Source: Micavibrio sp.
GTDB lineage: Bacteria > Pseudomonadota > Alphaproteobacteria > Micavibrionales > Micavibrionaceae
Length of the DNA: 48,128 nt
Assembly (NCBI GenBank): GCA_035759665.1
Contig: DASTUM010000128.1
Span: 1-48,128 of the forward strand
Direction of reading: 5' to 3'
The translations under genes were made by a program, and so were the position numbers. Under the pieces are notes generated by a model that saw nothing but the letters and a program-made list of their open reading frames with translations, was not told the origin of the DNA and did not search any database. Within the stretch, counting starts at the first letter, position 1; every line of letters starts with the position of its first letter. Positions 46,849 through 48,128 of this stretch are shown here, one piece after another.

Positions 46849-47442
46849 ATGTTCGACGGCCCTTTAGATATTCTCGTCCGCCAGCTGGCCTCGCTACCCG
46901 GGCTGGGATCCCGCTCCGCCAGGCGCATCGCGCTGCATTTGCTGAGCGCGAAGGGAACGCGGCTCGACTCGCTGATCCGCGCGCTGAGCGAAGCGTCGAA
47001 ATCCATCACCACCTGCGGCGTCTGCGGCAATCTCGATTCCACCGATCCCTGCCGCGTGTGCGCGAACCCGGCGCGCGACCGGGAAACTTTGTGCATCCTC
47101 GCGGGGGTCGCCGATCTCTGGGCCGTCGAGCGCACGGGATCGTATAAAGGGCAATACCATGTTCTAGGCGGGGTTTTGTCCGCGCTCGACGGCATCGGCC
47201 CACAGGATCTTTCGATCGACGCGCTGATCGCGCGGCTGAAGGGTGGTCACTTCACCGAAGCCGTGCTCGCCCTGCCCGCCACCGTTGACGGGCAATCCAC
47301 CGCCCACTACGTGACCGACAGGATGGAGGGGATGGATATCCGCATTACCCGCCTGGCGCAGGGCGTGCCGGTGGGCGGCGCGCTGGAATTCCTCGACGAT
47401 TCGACGATCGCGACCGCCATGAAATCCCGCGCTCGCCTCTAA
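46849..47442 (+). CDS. recR: recombination protein RecR
   Basis: 197-aa ORF with helix-hairpin-helix LPGLGSRSARRIA, zinc finger CGVCGNLDSTDPCRVC and a Toprim domain. Confidence 0.93.
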   Translation: MFDGPLDILVRQLASLPGLGSRSARRIALHLLSAKGTRLDSLIRALSEASKSITTCGVCGNLDSTDPCRVCANPARDRETLCILAGVADLWAVERTGSYKGQYHVLGGVLSALDGIGPQDLSIDALIARLKGGHFTEAVLALPATVDGQSTAHYVTDRMEGMDIRITRLAQGVPVGGALEFLDDSTIATAMKSRARL

Positions 47443-47445
47443 AGC

Positions 47446-47790
47446 CTATTCCCGTTCAGAGATATAGACCGTGCAGTCGGTATCCGCAGCCCTCACCGCG
47501 ACATGCGTGTGACGGGGGCCCTTGTTGAATTCGCCACCGCTGACGGCAAAATCGTAATAGAGTCCTTGCGGAAAATAATGGTCGGTTTCGGCGGCTGTAA
47601 CGCCGTCCGCGCCAAAGCGCGCATAGATAGGGCCTGTCGCGAACAGGCTGACGACCTTGGTCGCCTCATCGAAGGCGATCGCGTTGCGGGCCGAGGTGGC
47701 GGTGGCGTTAATCGTGTGGGCGCCGTCTGAACGCAGGCGCAGGGCGGGAATCGGATGGCTGTCTTCATCCACGGGCAGAAGGGTGGTCAT
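47446..47790 (-). CDS. hypothetical protein
   Basis: 114-aa ORF with a strong AAGGAG Shine-Dalgarno 7 nt before the ATG and protein-like composition suggestive of a beta-rich fold. No family recognised. Confidence 0.55.
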   Translation of the reverse strand: MTTLLPVDEDSHPIPALRLRSDGAHTINATATSARNAIAFDEATKVVSLFATGPIYARFGADGVTAAETDHYFPQGLYYDFAVSGGEFNKGPRHTHVAVRAADTDCTVYISERE

Positions 47791-47815
47791 TTTAATACTC
47801 CTTTGATTTTTAAAT

Positions 47816-47841
47816 AAAAAAACCCGCCTTGGAAGCGGGTT
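47816..47841 (-). terminator. rho-independent terminator (minus strand)
   Basis: On the minus strand: AACCCGC-ttccaag-GCGGGTT followed by seven T. It lies about 65 nt downstream of the stop at 47907 and about 25 nt upstream of the ATG at 47790. Confidence 0.7.
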
Positions 47842-47880
47842 TTCGGGAGGGAAGACGCAAGGAGGGGGCCTTGCGGTGAT

Positions 47881-47910
47881 TATAATGTTCTATTTTTGTT
47901 CTTTTGTCAA
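47881..47910 (-). promoter_or_regulatory. sigma70-like promoter candidate
   Basis: The minus strand reads TTGACA-N17-CATTAT, or equivalently TTGACA-N20-TATAAT. The -35 hexamer overlaps the TGA stop of the upstream membrane-protein gene. Confidence 0.3.
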
Positions 47911-48128
47911 GCGTGGCTGACGGCCAGCGTATTTTCCGCCCCGCCCCAGGCGAGGAAGAGCGCCATCCAACACAGCGCGATCAGCCCACCCAGCGCAGGC
48001 GTCATCGGCAGGAACACCGCAAGGATAAGCGTCGAACCCGCCAGCATGCCGCAGCAGACGATCAGCCAGTCCGCGCCCTTTGCCTGTGCCGCAAGCGTGA
48101 TATAGCCCAGCGGCACGAAGAGGATGAA
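47907..48128 (-). CDS. hydrophobic membrane protein (N-terminus runs off the window end)
   Basis: The minus-strand frame is open to the window edge (..FILFVPLGYITLAAQAKGADWLIVCCGMLAGSTLILAVFLPMTPALGGLIALCWMALFLAWGG..). It has two to three TM helices. No family recognised. Confidence 0.5.
   Translation of the reverse strand, partial: FILFVPLGYITLAAQAKGADWLIVCCGMLAGSTLILAVFLPMTPALGGLIALCWMALFLAWGGAENTLAVSHA

Overview
This is a 48.1-kb, densely packed chromosomal segment from a moderately GC-rich Gram-negative bacterium. Gene content and order suggest an alphaproteobacterium, but that is inference only: lptF-lptG divergent from pepA-holC, a membrane-anchored CycM-like cytochrome c, a short PutA, and ftsK-lolA-recR. 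I call about 45 protein genes, mostly housekeeping: acetoacetyl-CoA synthetase, a DsbD-family reductase plus redoxin, a PAS histidine kinase, PurD, PutA, XseA, EttA, MlaC/MlaA, LptF/G, PepA, HolC, PheA, FtsK, LolA and RecR. I saw no rRNA, tRNA, CRISPR array, transposase or integrase. The stand-out is 25459-33927: three tandem, translationally linked paralogues (about 1017, 905 and 888 aa) of a large polytopic membrane protein. From memory, their architecture and motifs look like DotA/TraY of type IVB secretion systems. No other secretion, conjugation or mobility gene is nearby, and the flanks are core genes (ettA; mlaC-mlaA-lptGF). Divergent from this operon lies a small gene for a membrane-anchored, Cys-rich protein that is broken by two frameshifts at homopolymer runs, plus an AT-rich control region with a terminator-like hairpin. 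Other observations: an ACT-domain gene frameshifted at an A7 run; two copies of a GTCATTGCGAG...CTCGCAATGAC palindromic (MITE/REP-like) element; a YceI plus cytochrome b561-YceI fusion pair; an isolated TerD-domain pair; a histidine kinase overlapping an Hsp70-like gene; and a KamA-like radical SAM gene wedged between pepA and holC. All family assignments come from reading the translations. No database search was possible.
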